This document shows, piece after piece, positions 17,707 through 27,651 of a stretch of 64,000 nucleotides of DNA. The translations under genes were made by a program, and so were the position numbers. Below the pieces are notes generated by a model. The model ran no database searches and had not been told where the DNA came from. It saw only the letters and a list, made by a program, of their open reading frames with translations. The stretch lies in assembly GCA_028710985.1 (NCBI GenBank), contig JAQTTB010000001.1:655073-719072 (forward strand). The letters are read 5' to 3'. The DNA is from Patescibacteria group bacterium. Its GTDB lineage: Bacteria; Patescibacteriota; Patescibacteriia; JAHJFT01. The number at the start of each line of letters is the position of its first letter. Within the stretch, counting starts at the first letter, position 1.

Positions 17707-20670
17707 ATGAATCGTACCATGAATAAGCCAATCTGTCAAGATTTGAATCCCGAACAGCGTAAGGCCGTCACCGTGACCGACGGCCCGATTTTGATTGTCG
17801 CCGGCGCTGGCACCGGCAAAACCATGGTTATTACGCGGAAAATATCCCATCTTATCACCGAAGGTTTTGCCCGTCCCGAGGAAATACTCGCCCTCACATT
17901 CACTGACAAAGCGGCCGGCGAAATGGAAGAGCGCGTGGACAAGCTTTTGCCGTACGGGTACTTGGATCTCTGGATTTCTACTTTCCATTCTTTTGCCGAG
18001 CGGGTTCTGAAAAATCATGCGTTAGAAATCGGACTTCCGAATTCATTTCGACTGCTTTCCCAGGTTGATTCCTGGCTCTTGGTGCGCCGGAATCTGGATA
18101 AATTTGACCTTGATTACTGGCAGCCGCGCGGCAATCCGACCAAGTTTATCCGCGCAATGATTGAGCATTTTTCCCGCGCCAAGGACGAGGATCTCTGGCC
18201 CGAAAGTTATCTTGAATATGCCGAGAGCCTAAAGCTCAATAAAGATTCGGATCAGGCCGCGGACCAGGAAGTGAAGCGCGTAAATGAACTTGCCAACGCC
18301 TATCATGTTTATCAAAAATTATTGCTGGATAACGACGCGCTTGATTTCGGCGATCTCATTAATTATACGCTCAAGCTTTTTCGCGAGCGGCCGCATATTC
18401 TGGAGCAATACCGCGCGCAATTTAAATATATTCTGGTGGATGAGTTTCAGGATACTAACTGGGCGCAGTATGAACTCATCAAACTGCTTGCCGCTCCGCG
18501 CAATAACCTGACCGTGGTGGGGGATGATGATCAGTCGATTTACAAATTTCGCGGTGCCTCGCTTTCAAACATTCTGCAGTTTAAAAAAGATTTTCCCGAA
18601 TCCAAAGAGGTGGTGCTTGTCAAAAATTATCGCACGCGCCAGAACATCTTGGATCTGGCTTACGAGTTTATTCAGCGCAACAATCCCAACCGCCTTGAAG
18701 CCCAGCTCAAAAATAAAAATTTAAAAAAGAAAATAAACAAAAAACTGGATGCCCAGTGTCCGGGCGAAGGCCGCGCCGAACATCTGCATTATAAAACCCT
18801 TGAACAGGAGGTGCGCGGCGTTGCCCAAACCATTGCCGAGCTCAAGGCCGGGGACAGTGGTTTGACCTGGGACGATTTTGCCGTGCTCGTTCGTTCAAAT
18901 GACGCGGCTGCTCCATTCTGCAATTATTTTGCCAAACAGGAAATCCCGCATCAGTTTCTGGCGCTCAAGGGCCTTTACACCCGCCCGGTGGTGCGCGACA
19001 TTTTGAGTTTTTTTAAATTACTTGATAATTATCATGAGAGTCCGGCGCTTTATCGCGTCATGTCTTTGCCGGTTTGGAAAATCAGCCAAGCGGATTTGAT
19101 TGAGATGGCCATGGAGGCAAAGCGCAGTTCGTCGTCTCTTTGGGAGGTTGTTAAACGCCACCAGGGCCTTAAGAATCTTTCTGCCGGCGCCCAGGAATCA
19201 CTGCCGCGCCTGATTACCCTGGTTGAGGGTGCAGCCGCGCTTACGCGGGATAAAAGCACGGGCATGGTATTTAAATATTTTTTGGAGCAAAGCGGCTTTT
19301 TGCATTGGCTTGACCATCTGCCCGAGCTTGAAAAGAACCAAAAGATCGGCTGGCTGGAGCAATTCTGGGAGAAAATTAAAAAATTCGAAACCGACAACGT
19401 TGAGTCGCGCCTCTCTGATTTTATGGCGCAGATTGAGTTTGAGCTTGAGGCCGGGGAAGAGGGTTCTTTGCGTTTTGAAGCCGAAGAGGGTCCGGAGATG
19501 GTCCGCATCATGACCATCCACGGCGCCAAGGGGCTGGAATTCAAATATGTTTTTATCGTCAATATGGTGGACCGACGTTTTCCGACCACCGAACGCTCCG
19601 AGGCCATTCCCGTGCCTGATCCACTGGTGAAGGAGATTCTGCCCGCCGGCCAGGACACGCACCTGGAAGAAGAGCGGCGTTTGTTTTACGTGGCCATCAC
19701 CCGCGCGAAAGACGGAGTGTTTTTCACTTCGGCCGATGATTACGGCGGAATTCGCAAAAAGAAAATCTCTCAATTTTTGTTTGAACTCGGCTATTCGGCC
19801 GATGCCAGGGCTGGGGCCGGCCGCCAGTCAAAACTTTCGATTGAAGTACCAGTTCCGGCGCCAAAGCACGAAAAGAAAATAGAATATCCCTTTCCACAAA
19901 AATTCAGCTTCACGCGGCTTGCCGCGTTCCGCACCTGCCCGTTGCAGTATAAATACGCGCATATTCTGAACATTCCGGTATTCGGCAAAGCGGTATTCAG
20001 CTTTGGAAAATCAATGCACGCCGCGCTGGAAAGATTTTTCCGCGAGTGGCTTGCCCAGGGTTCGCAGTCAACGCTTTTTGGCAAAACGTCAGTTAAAAAA
20101 GGCAGCCCCGGCCTGCCGCCTCTTGAAAAATTGCTGGAAATCTATGGCCAGGAATGGATCCCGGCGTGGTATGAAAACCGCGATGAGATGCGCGGGAACA
20201 AAGAAACCGGGCGCCGGGTTCTCAAAAAATACTGGGAAGAGCTGGCCAAGGATCCGCCAAAAACAATTGCCGTGGAGCAGACATTTAATGTCAAATTCGG
20301 CGATTATACTCTTTTTGGAAAAATCGATCGCGTTGACGAACTCGCAAACGGCAATCTGGCTCTGGTTGATTACAAGACCGGCAAAGCAAAGGACGAATTA
20401 AAGGCCGAGGATAAAGAGCAGCTGATCATTTATCAAATTGCCATGGAAGAACCGCGTCTCTTTAACCGCAAAGTAGAAAAATTGGTTTATTATTATCTCG
20501 AGAGCGGAAATCGGCAGGAGTTTGTGGCGAGCGAGAAAGACAAGGAGAGGGTTACGGCCGCTCTCATTGAGCGCATTGAAAAAATAAAAAACAGCGATTT
20601 TCCGCCGGCGCCGAGCGAGCTTTGCCGGCACTGCGACTTTAATTTTATCTGCGATTACCGAAAAATCTGA
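17707..20670 (+). CDS. UvrD/PcrA-family ATP-dependent DNA helicase fused to a C-terminal RecB/Cas4-like PD-(D/E)xK nuclease with a predicted 4Fe-4S cluster
   Basis: Walker A AGAGTGKT, DEFQDT motif II, and helicase motifs through MTIHGAKGLEF. The C-terminal nuclease domain has Cys in FRTCPLQY plus a CRHCDFNFIC triad. 987 aa. Confidence 0.8.
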   Translation: MNRTMNKPICQDLNPEQRKAVTVTDGPILIVAGAGTGKTMVITRKISHLITEGFARPEEILALTFTDKAAGEMEERVDKLLPYGYLDLWISTFHSFAERVLKNHALEIGLPNSFRLLSQVDSWLLVRRNLDKFDLDYWQPRGNPTKFIRAMIEHFSRAKDEDLWPESYLEYAESLKLNKDSDQAADQEVKRVNELANAYHVYQKLLLDNDALDFGDLINYTLKLFRERPHILEQYRAQFKYILVDEFQDTNWAQYELIKLLAAPRNNLTVVGDDDQSIYKFRGASLSNILQFKKDFPESKEVVLVKNYRTRQNILDLAYEFIQRNNPNRLEAQLKNKNLKKKINKKLDAQCPGEGRAEHLHYKTLEQEVRGVAQTIAELKAGDSGLTWDDFAVLVRSNDAAAPFCNYFAKQEIPHQFLALKGLYTRPVVRDILSFFKLLDNYHESPALYRVMSLPVWKISQADLIEMAMEAKRSSSSLWEVVKRHQGLKNLSAGAQESLPRLITLVEGAAALTRDKSTGMVFKYFLEQSGFLHWLDHLPELEKNQKIGWLEQFWEKIKKFETDNVESRLSDFMAQIEFELEAGEEGSLRFEAEEGPEMVRIMTIHGAKGLEFKYVFIVNMVDRRFPTTERSEAIPVPDPLVKEILPAGQDTHLEEERRLFYVAITRAKDGVFFTSADDYGGIRKKKISQFLFELGYSADARAGAGRQSKLSIEVPVPAPKHEKKIEYPFPQKFSFTRLAAFRTCPLQYKYAHILNIPVFGKAVFSFGKSMHAALERFFREWLAQGSQSTLFGKTSVKKGSPGLPPLEKLLEIYGQEWIPAWYENRDEMRGNKETGRRVLKKYWEELAKDPPKTIAVEQTFNVKFGDYTLFGKIDRVDELANGNLALVDYKTGKAKDELKAEDKEQLIIYQIAMEEPRLFNRKVEKLVYYYLESGNRQEFVASEKDKERVTAALIERIEKIKNSDFPPAPSELCRHCDFNFICDYRKI

Positions 20671-20671
20671 T

Positions 20672-20968
20672 ATGCTGATCCACATAAAAAAACTTTTAGA
20701 CGAGGCCGTGAAACGCGCCGGCATCACCCAGAGTGTCAACGCCGCGCGCGTGGTTGAAGAATTCAACCGTGTCTGCCGCGAGCTCTACGGCAAGTTAACC
20801 TGCGACGCGGTGGCTCACGTTTCGTTCCGCAACGGTATCGTGCGCGTTTCCTGCGGGCACGCGGTTGTCGCGCAGAACCTGCAATTCAATAAATCGCGGC
20901 TTATAAATGAAATTAATCGCGGTCTAAAAGCCAAAGCCGTTTCCGGCATAAAAATTACGATTGCCTGA
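20672..20968 (+). CDS. DUF721-family (DciA-like) small protein
   Basis: 98 aa matching the DUF721 pattern (AVAHVSFRNGIVRVSCGHAVVAQNLQF ... INRGL ... KITIA). Confidence 0.5.
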   Translation: MLIHIKKLLDEAVKRAGITQSVNAARVVEEFNRVCRELYGKLTCDAVAHVSFRNGIVRVSCGHAVVAQNLQFNKSRLINEINRGLKAKAVSGIKITIA

Positions 20969-21001
20969 TTCAGACATCCCGGGTCCCGACCTGTCGGGAC
21001 G

Positions 21002-21409
21002 ATGAATCTGTGTTATAATACCGGTATGACATTGCGTGCTTTTATTTTATTCATGCTTCTCGCCACCATAATTTGCTGGTCCGCTTTTTTGATAATAATT
21101 TTTAAAACAAATCCCTACGAAACCGGCGCCCTGGGATTTATTTTTTTCTATGCCAGCCTTTTCTTAAGCCTGATCGGCACGTTGACTGTCGCCGGCATAT
21201 TCGTCCGCATGATTATTCTGAAAAGAGATGATTTTATCTCGCGGCGGGTCGCTGCTTCGTTCCGCCAAGGGGCATTCTTAGCGGCCGTTGCGGTCGCCGG
21301 CCTGTACCTCATGAGCCGGGGCCTTTTAACTTGGTGGAATGTGCTGTTTTTTGTTGCCGGAGTGAGCCTTTTGGAGTTCTTTTTTATCTCAATAAAAAGG
21401 CTAAAATAA
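21002..21409 (+). CDS. Hypothetical membrane protein
   Basis: 135 aa with three to four hydrophobic helices. No family recognised. Confidence 0.4.
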   Translation: MNLCYNTGMTLRAFILFMLLATIICWSAFLIIIFKTNPYETGALGFIFFYASLFLSLIGTLTVAGIFVRMIILKRDDFISRRVAASFRQGAFLAAVAVAGLYLMSRGLLTWWNVLFFVAGVSLLEFFFISIKRLK

Positions 21410-21425
21410 GCCAAATTTTCATATC

Positions 21426-21454
21426 TTGTCAAAACAGGGTCTTCAAGATATAAT
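21426..21454 (+). promoter_or_regulatory. Sigma70-type promoter of mreBCD
   Basis: TTGTCA (21426-21431), 17-nt spacer, TATAAT (21449-21454). Confidence 0.6.
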
Positions 21455-21486
21455 ACTAGTCCGCAGTGTGGACTATATTTTTTAAT

Positions 21487-22548
21487 ATGTTTGAAAAATT
21501 TCTCGGACAATTTTCACGTGATTTGGGCATCGATCTCGGTACGGCGAATACCCTGGTTTATGTTGATAAAAAAGGCATTGTCATCAACGAGCCGTCGGTT
21601 GTGTCCATCAACATGCGCAACAGCCAGATTCTCGCCGTGGGCCGCGAAGCCAAGGAGATGCTCGGCAAAACCCCGCCGCATATCCAGACCGTGAAACCCC
21701 TGGTCAAGGGAATCATTTCCGATTTTGAGGTTACCGAAAAAATGCTGAAATATTTTATTGACAAGGTCCATCAGGATACATTCACTTTCGTGCCGCGTCC
21801 GCGCGTTATCATCGGCGTGCCCATGGAAATTACCGAAGTGGAAAGAAAAGCCGTTGAAGACGCCGCCATCTCGGCCGGCGCCCGCGAAGTGTATCTTGTT
21901 GAGGAACCCATGCTCGCTGCGCTCGGCGCGCGCCTCAATATCACGGATTCGGTCGGCAACATGATTGTTGACATCGGCGGCGGAACTTCCGAAATCGCGG
22001 TAATTTCTCTTTCCGGCGTGGTGACCTGGAAATCATTGGCCATCGCCGGCGACGAATTGAATCGAAACATTGTTCAGTACGCGCGCGACACATTTAATCT
22101 CTTGCTCGGAGAAGTGGTGTCCGAACAGATTAAAATTAAAATCGGTTCGGCCAAGCCCATGGCGGACAATCTGGAGATTGAGATGCGCGGCCGTGATCTC
22201 TTAACCGGCTTGCCCAAAGAAATTATCGTGAATGACGCCCAGATCCGCGAGGCGCTCCGCCGGTCGGTCAATTTGATAATTGATAATATTAAAGCAACGC
22301 TTGAAATAACCCCGCCTGAACTTGTCGCCGATATCTACGAGCGCGGCCTGGTGCTCTCCGGAGGCGGTGCCCTTTTGCGTGGCCTGGACGAATTGATTTC
22401 CGAATCCGCCGATGTTCCGGTTCGCGTGGCCGACGACCCGCTGACTTGCGTCGTGCGCGGCACCGGTATGCTTTTGGATAATCTGCCCCTTCTCCGCGAA
22501 ATCGCATTGCCTTCAACCAACGAGCAGATGGCAAAGAACATGAGATAG
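21487..22548 (+). CDS. mreB: Rod shape-determining protein MreB (actin homolog)
   Basis: Actin-fold phosphate-1 motif DLGTANTLVYV, further DIGGGTSE and LSGGGALLRGL motifs. The start was placed at ATG 21487, downstream of the promoter -10. Confidence 0.9.
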   Translation: MFEKFLGQFSRDLGIDLGTANTLVYVDKKGIVINEPSVVSINMRNSQILAVGREAKEMLGKTPPHIQTVKPLVKGIISDFEVTEKMLKYFIDKVHQDTFTFVPRPRVIIGVPMEITEVERKAVEDAAISAGAREVYLVEEPMLAALGARLNITDSVGNMIVDIGGGTSEIAVISLSGVVTWKSLAIAGDELNRNIVQYARDTFNLLLGEVVSEQIKIKIGSAKPMADNLEIEMRGRDLLTGLPKEIIVNDAQIREALRRSVNLIIDNIKATLEITPPELVADIYERGLVLSGGGALLRGLDELISESADVPVRVADDPLTCVVRGTGMLLDNLPLLREIALPSTNEQMAKNMR

Positions 22549-22559
22549 ATTAATCTGCC

Positions 22560-23390
22560 GTGGTTTGGGCGTTTAATCTCAAGATGAAGAAATCATTTAT
22601 AAAAAGTTCGAATATATTAATTGCAGGCATAATCCTGCTTATTATTTTATCGTTTTTTGGATTTTTTGGGCCGTTTGAAAACGCCATCGCATTTGTGCTG
22701 CGCCCGTTTCAGAGCGCCTATCAGGCTGTGGCGCGCGGCGCTTCGTCGGCTTATGTTTCGGTTTTTCGGCGGGATGAAATCATGGGGCGTCTCAAGGAGC
22801 TCGAGGGTGAAGTGCAGAATCTGGCGGTTGATTATGTGGAGCTTAGTGCCCTGAAGGAAGAAAATGTCCTGCTCAAAAAACAGCTGGACTTCACTGAAGC
22901 CAACGATTACGCCACGGTTTCGGCCAAAGTGCTCACCTATATCAGTTCGCCGCATGAAAAGTACATGGTCATCAACCGCGGGCTCTCTGACGGCATTCAG
23001 GCCGGTTACCCGGTCATTAGCGGCGAAGGCTTGATTATCGGCCGCATCCTGGAGGCCCACGACCACCTTGCCGAAGTGCGGCTCGTTACCGACCCGCGCA
23101 GCAAGATTCCGGTCAAGATTCTCGGCGCCGACAAAACCATCGGCATCGCGAGCGGCTCCTATGGTTCCATTATCCGCATGGAGCTCATTCCGGTGCAGGA
23201 AAATATTAAGGCTGACGACCTGGTCGTCACGTCCAATCTTGAAGAAAATATACCCGCCGGCCTGATCGTCGGCGTGATAAATGAAATCATTGTGTCCGGC
23301 AACGAACCGTTCAAAACCGCGCTCGTCGAGCCGCTTGCCGATTTCTACGCCATCGGCATGATTTCCGTAATAATTCCAAGCCATGATTAG
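22560..23390 (+). CDS. mreC: Rod shape-determining protein MreC
   Basis: N-terminal transmembrane segment, a coiled-coil (LKELEGEVQNL ... LKKQLD) and a C-terminal beta-barrel (GLIIGRI). Its position after mreB supports the call. Confidence 0.75.
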   Translation: MVWAFNLKMKKSFIKSSNILIAGIILLIILSFFGFFGPFENAIAFVLRPFQSAYQAVARGASSAYVSVFRRDEIMGRLKELEGEVQNLAVDYVELSALKEENVLLKKQLDFTEANDYATVSAKVLTYISSPHEKYMVINRGLSDGIQAGYPVISGEGLIIGRILEAHDHLAEVRLVTDPRSKIPVKILGADKTIGIASGSYGSIIRMELIPVQENIKADDLVVTSNLEENIPAGLIVGVINEIIVSGNEPFKTALVEPLADFYAIGMISVIIPSHD

Positions 23391-23901
23391 GGGATTCGCC
23401 ACATTATCGCTTTACGTCCTGCTCGCGCTCCTTGAAATAAGTTTTCTCGCGTCCTTGCCGTATCCGATTAATCTGACGAGTTTGGTGATACCGGTACTCC
23501 TTATATTTATGGTTTCCGGCCACAACCGCGAGGCATGGACATACATTTTCGTAACCGGCATATTGTTTGATATATTTTGTTTCTATTCGATCGGCGCGTA
23601 CATTTTGATTTTTGCGGCCCTGTATCTCTGGGGAAGGAATATTTTTATGAATTACGTATCTAACGCATCGCTTCTCGGCGTTGGGCTTATCGGCAGCGCC
23701 ATGGTCGTGCCGTACTGGCTGCTCCGCCATATTTTGAATTCGTTCGACGGAGGTTTGGAAAAATTTTCCAGCGGGCAGGAGTTCCAGGTCATTCTGACCG
23801 CCATGCTGGTGAACATCGCATTTGTTTTTATTTTTTATTCCCTGTACCGGTTTTTTTCAAAGATGGGCAGGCCGAAAAAAATGGCGTATGGAAAAATATA
23901 A
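23383..23901 (+). CDS. mreD: Rod shape-determining protein MreD-like membrane protein
   Basis: 172 aa with five hydrophobic helices, located after mreC. Confidence 0.55.
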   Translation: MIRGFATLSLYVLLALLEISFLASLPYPINLTSLVIPVLLIFMVSGHNREAWTYIFVTGILFDIFCFYSIGAYILIFAALYLWGRNIFMNYVSNASLLGVGLIGSAMVVPYWLLRHILNSFDGGLEKFSSGQEFQVILTAMLVNIAFVFIFYSLYRFFSKMGRPKKMAYGKI

Positions 23902-24292
23902 AAAACTTGAGCATCCGGCCGATCTGCGCCTCCGCGTTTTTGGCCGCGATATGGCCGAACTTTTTCAAAACGCGCTCTTCGGTATGTTTGAAAGCATTGA
24001 GCCGGATATTGCTTCACGGGATTTGGTGCGCCGCAAAATTCAGGTTCAGGCCGGTGATCCGGAGCTGCTGCTTGTGGATTTTTTGAGCGAAGCTCTGCTT
24101 CAGAGCGACACTCATGACGAGGCGTATCATGATGCCGAAATTGATAATCTTGCCGCTGACTCGGTTACCGCGACCCTGATCGGTTATCCGATCCGCGGTT
24201 TCCGGCAGGAGATAAAAGCCGTTACTTATCATGGATTTAAAATTGAGCAAACGGCCGAGGGGCTCACGGCGGAAATAATTTTTGATATATAA
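23888..24292 (+). CDS. Archease (RtcB activator)
   Basis: N-terminal LEHPADLRLRVFG archease motif, ~135 aa, immediately upstream of rtcB with an overlapping stop and start. Confidence 0.65.
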   Translation: MEKYKKLEHPADLRLRVFGRDMAELFQNALFGMFESIEPDIASRDLVRRKIQVQAGDPELLLVDFLSEALLQSDTHDEAYHDAEIDNLAADSVTATLIGYPIRGFRQEIKAVTYHGFKIEQTAEGLTAEIIFDI

Positions 24293-25745
24293 AATGGATA
24301 TAAAGCAATTAAAACGAATTGAGGATTATCTCTACGAAATTCCGGCGGATTCCCGCCGCGGCATGCTGGTTCCGGCGCGCATTTATGCCACCGCGCGCAT
24401 GCTTGAGGAGATTTCCAGCGACAGTTCTCTCGATCAGCTTATCAACGTTGCCGCGCTCCCGGGTATTCAAAAATATGCGCTCGCCATGCCCGACATTCAC
24501 GAAGGCTACGGATTTCCCATCGGCGGCGTCGCGGCCATGGATTTTTCCGAAGGCGTGGTTTCGCCCGGCGGCGTGGGATATGACATAAACTGCGGCGTGC
24601 GACTTCTCCGGAGCGGATTGAAAGTTGAAGAAATTTCGGAAAAATTAAAATCACTCGCGCATCAGATCAGCCGCGATGTGCCAAGCGGGGTCGGCCGGGG
24701 CGGTGAGATTGTTCTCACTCCCGAAGATCTTGACGAGGTTTTGAAAAAAGGAGTAAAGCGCCTGCTTGAACTTGGCTGGGCGGAAAAAAACGATCTGGAA
24801 AACATTGAAGAAAACGGCTGCATGAAAAACGCGGATCCCGAAGCCGTGAGCGCGCAGGCCAAAAAGCGCGGGCGAGACCAGCTCGGCACGCTCGGCTCAG
24901 GTAATCATTTTTTGGAAATCCAGGCGGTTGATCAAATCTACGACGAGCCGCTTGCCAAAGAACTCGGCATTGAAACCGGCCGCGTTATGGTGATGATTCA
25001 CACCGGCTCGCGCGGCTTGGGCCATCAGGTCTGCACGGATTATGTAAAAATCATGGCGCCAAAACTCGCGAAATGGGGGATTGAGCTCCCGGACCGCGAG
25101 CTTGCCTGCGCCCCGATTTCATCCCCCGAAGGGAAAAGCTATCTTGCGGCCATGGCCGCGGCCGCGAACTTTGCCTGGTCAAACCGCCAGATGATTACGC
25201 ACCTTATCCGCAATGCCTGGAAGCGCATCCTTGAACCCGCCGGGCTCGATCCGCGGCTTGATACAGTCTATGATGTTGCCCACAATATTGCTAAAATTGA
25301 AGAGCACATAATCAAGGACAAAAAAGTTAAACTTTGCGTGCACCGCAAGGGCGCGACGCGCGCCTTTGGTCCGGGCCGGCCCGAGCTCAACGAGCTCTAC
25401 CGGCGCATCGGACAGCCGGTGCTGATTCCCGGAACCATGGGAACCTCATCGTATCTGCTCATGGGCACGGAAATGGCGGAAAAAACCACCTTTGGTACGG
25501 TGTGCCACGGCGCCGGCCGCCGCATGAGCCGGCACGAGGCCAAACGCAGAATCACCGGCCCCGAAGTGCGCAAAGAGCTTGAATCGCGCGGCATTATTGT
25601 CGAATGCGCTTCATCCGCCGGTCTGGCCGAAGAAGCGCCGCTCGCATACAAGGACGTGGATGAAGTGGTGGACGTTGTCGTGCGCGCCGGATTGGCTAAA
25701 CGCGTTGCGAAGTTAAAGCCAATTGCCGTGATTAAGGGAGGGTAG
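24282..25745 (+). CDS. rtcB: RNA-splicing ligase RtcB (3'-phosphate/5'-hydroxyl RNA ligase)
   Basis: Conserved metal and GTP site motifs: GYDINCG, HTGSRGLGHQ, HNIA ... and GTVCHGAGR. 487 aa. Confidence 0.9.
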   Translation: MIYKMDIKQLKRIEDYLYEIPADSRRGMLVPARIYATARMLEEISSDSSLDQLINVAALPGIQKYALAMPDIHEGYGFPIGGVAAMDFSEGVVSPGGVGYDINCGVRLLRSGLKVEEISEKLKSLAHQISRDVPSGVGRGGEIVLTPEDLDEVLKKGVKRLLELGWAEKNDLENIEENGCMKNADPEAVSAQAKKRGRDQLGTLGSGNHFLEIQAVDQIYDEPLAKELGIETGRVMVMIHTGSRGLGHQVCTDYVKIMAPKLAKWGIELPDRELACAPISSPEGKSYLAAMAAAANFAWSNRQMITHLIRNAWKRILEPAGLDPRLDTVYDVAHNIAKIEEHIIKDKKVKLCVHRKGATRAFGPGRPELNELYRRIGQPVLIPGTMGTSSYLLMGTEMAEKTTFGTVCHGAGRRMSRHEAKRRITGPEVRKELESRGIIVECASSAGLAEEAPLAYKDVDEVVDVVVRAGLAKRVAKLKPIAVIKGG

Positions 25746-25790
25746 GAGACAGTTCAATGAATTTTTTTTACTTTCATTACATAATGCGCA

Positions 25791-26963
25791 ATGGAAAAAC
25801 AAGCATTACAACCAAACATTATTTTCAGACTCGTATTAGCAAAAACGCTCTTCAAGAGTGGTTTAGAGTGTTGCGATACCGGAGTGGATATTTACAATTT
25901 TTCTCATGGGTTGATCGCTCTGCACGATGCTCTGGACAATTTTTCGGGTGCGATAGCATCAATTTTGAATATTGCTCTTAGTCGGCCCAGTAAATTTATT
26001 GATACGTTAGATTCAATTGAGCAATACGAGAAAAAATCTAATTCAAATTTCGTATTAACGAGTAGGAATGAATTATACCAGCTCAACACTCTTCGTAATA
26101 GTATTAAGCACCAAGGAATTGTTCCCGATATCAAACACGCCAAGGCATTGATAGAGCCGATTGTTAAATTTTTCAAAGAATATTCCCGTTATTATTTCGA
26201 CCTAGAATGGGATATTATTAGCCTGGCGGATTTGATAAAAAATGACACTACGAAAAATGCACTTAATAAAGTTGAGAAATTTATTGGCCGTGGTCAACAT
26301 AAAGAAGCATTGAACGAAATGGCTATTATAAAATTTCAAGTATTTGATGAACAACATATTCGAGCAAAACTTGATTCACGATTGGCGGCCTACTACCTAG
26401 AAACGGCAAACATTGAAAAGCTAAGAATGGCTAAAAATATATTTCCTAAGCGAGAAATATTAGTTTCAGACACTGACCAACGTACTCGGCTTCTTGAATG
26501 GGGTATCGATAGTGGTCAGATGCAGAAATTCGAAGATTTAACCGCGGAAGTTGGTATTAATAACGTGAATGATTGGGAGTATGTGTTAAGGCACGGTAGC
26601 GCCTGGGGAAGACCCAACTGGACTAGGGAAATCTCAATTTTCTGTTTCGATTTTTTGATAGATGCCATTATTAAACACCAGCGTAAAGATTATGGAGTAA
26701 GGCAGGTGGTCATTCCATGGCTCATTCATATAAGGGCGCGAGAAGAAATTAAATTGTATGTTGATGATAAAGAAATATACTCTATTTCAAAAGGCGAAGA
26801 ACGCGTTGCGCTAATTCCCGGTAGGGTAGATGATGGCTGGGAAATTTTCGAAAATAAAGATCGCTTGTTGGTTCTTATGGATAAAGATGGCAGTGCGAGC
26901 AATATGATTTCGGGCTTCTTCAATGAGGGAGATGAGGACAAAATTGAAATTCTAGGAAAGTAA
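25791..26963 (+). CDS. Hypothetical protein with an N-terminal HEPN-like Rx4H motif, in an AT-rich island
   Basis: 390 aa. The motif LRNSIKHQG at about residue 103 matches the HEPN R-x4-6-H signature in the position expected for a ~120-aa N-terminal HEPN domain. GC is about 35% against ~55% in flanking rtcB. Confidence 0.45.
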   Translation: MEKQALQPNIIFRLVLAKTLFKSGLECCDTGVDIYNFSHGLIALHDALDNFSGAIASILNIALSRPSKFIDTLDSIEQYEKKSNSNFVLTSRNELYQLNTLRNSIKHQGIVPDIKHAKALIEPIVKFFKEYSRYYFDLEWDIISLADLIKNDTTKNALNKVEKFIGRGQHKEALNEMAIIKFQVFDEQHIRAKLDSRLAAYYLETANIEKLRMAKNIFPKREILVSDTDQRTRLLEWGIDSGQMQKFEDLTAEVGINNVNDWEYVLRHGSAWGRPNWTREISIFCFDFLIDAIIKHQRKDYGVRQVVIPWLIHIRAREEIKLYVDDKEIYSISKGEERVALIPGRVDDGWEIFENKDRLLVLMDKDGSASNMISGFFNEGDEDKIEILGK

Positions 26964-27132
26964 TTTTTCTCAAGGATGGGCATGGAAAGATAAATAGAAT
27001 AATCAGTAATCAAAGATAGTTTGATGAGAATATGATTTATAAAAACCGCTCCTAAGCAGAGTCAAACTCTAGTTATTCTAATGCGCATAACATAGCTAGG
27101 GCTTTAAGATTCATCCGCAAAATTAAATTTTT

Positions 27133-27648
27133 ATGCAAACAAAACGATTAACAGCCGATGAAATCATCACACTGAATGATTTTCCGGTGCACAACGGGCA
27201 GATATTGAAAATATTTTTTATTATATTTAGAAAAAAATGTTCTAAAATTATTCCACCTTGCCCTATAATGGATGTATCCTTGGTACTTCCTTTTTTCTCG
27301 GCCAAGCTTAAAAATCTATTTTTAAAATTTAGAATCAAGAACCCCCAAGCAAAATATTTTTTACTCGATGGTAGTCACAAAACAACCGCGGCGGCACTAA
27401 CCGGATCGCGAATTCCAGTAATGATTTTAAAAAATAACAAAGACATACAAGAAGCCAAGCAAATGGTAAAAATAGGCGATTTATTTAGTTTGACGGTAGC
27501 GAATACTATGAAAAATAACGCCATTGAATTGAAAAATCATTTTAACAAGAAAAAATATTTTCAAACAGTAAATGAGAAAACTCAAATAATGGTAAAGAAA
27601 AAAGTCATTCCCCGGTATATGATTGATTATTACAAGAAGCATAAATAA
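27133..27648 (+). CDS. Hypothetical protein with a ParB/Srx-like DGxH[KR]xxAA motif
   Basis: 171 aa. LLDGSHKTTAAAL resembles the ParB/sulfiredoxin-fold signature (DG.HR..A). AT-rich. Confidence 0.4.
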   Translation: MQTKRLTADEIITLNDFPVHNGQILKIFFIIFRKKCSKIIPPCPIMDVSLVLPFFSAKLKNLFLKFRIKNPQAKYFLLDGSHKTTAAALTGSRIPVMILKNNKDIQEAKQMVKIGDLFSLTVANTMKNNAIELKNHFNKKKYFQTVNEKTQIMVKKKVIPRYMIDYYKKHK

Positions 27649-27651
27649 TTC

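Noticed and set aside
19050-19773. Two ~200-aa minus-strand ORFs
   Set aside because: They are antisense to the UvrD-type helicase gene, inside its conserved motif region.
21466-21486. GTG start extending mreB by 7 codons
   Set aside because: It lies only 12 nt after the promoter -10 hexamer, so it probably falls at or before the transcription start. The ATG at 21487 was used.
22647-23402. 251-aa minus-strand ORF
   Set aside because: It is antisense to mreC, and the gene order and motifs support the plus-strand mreBCD.
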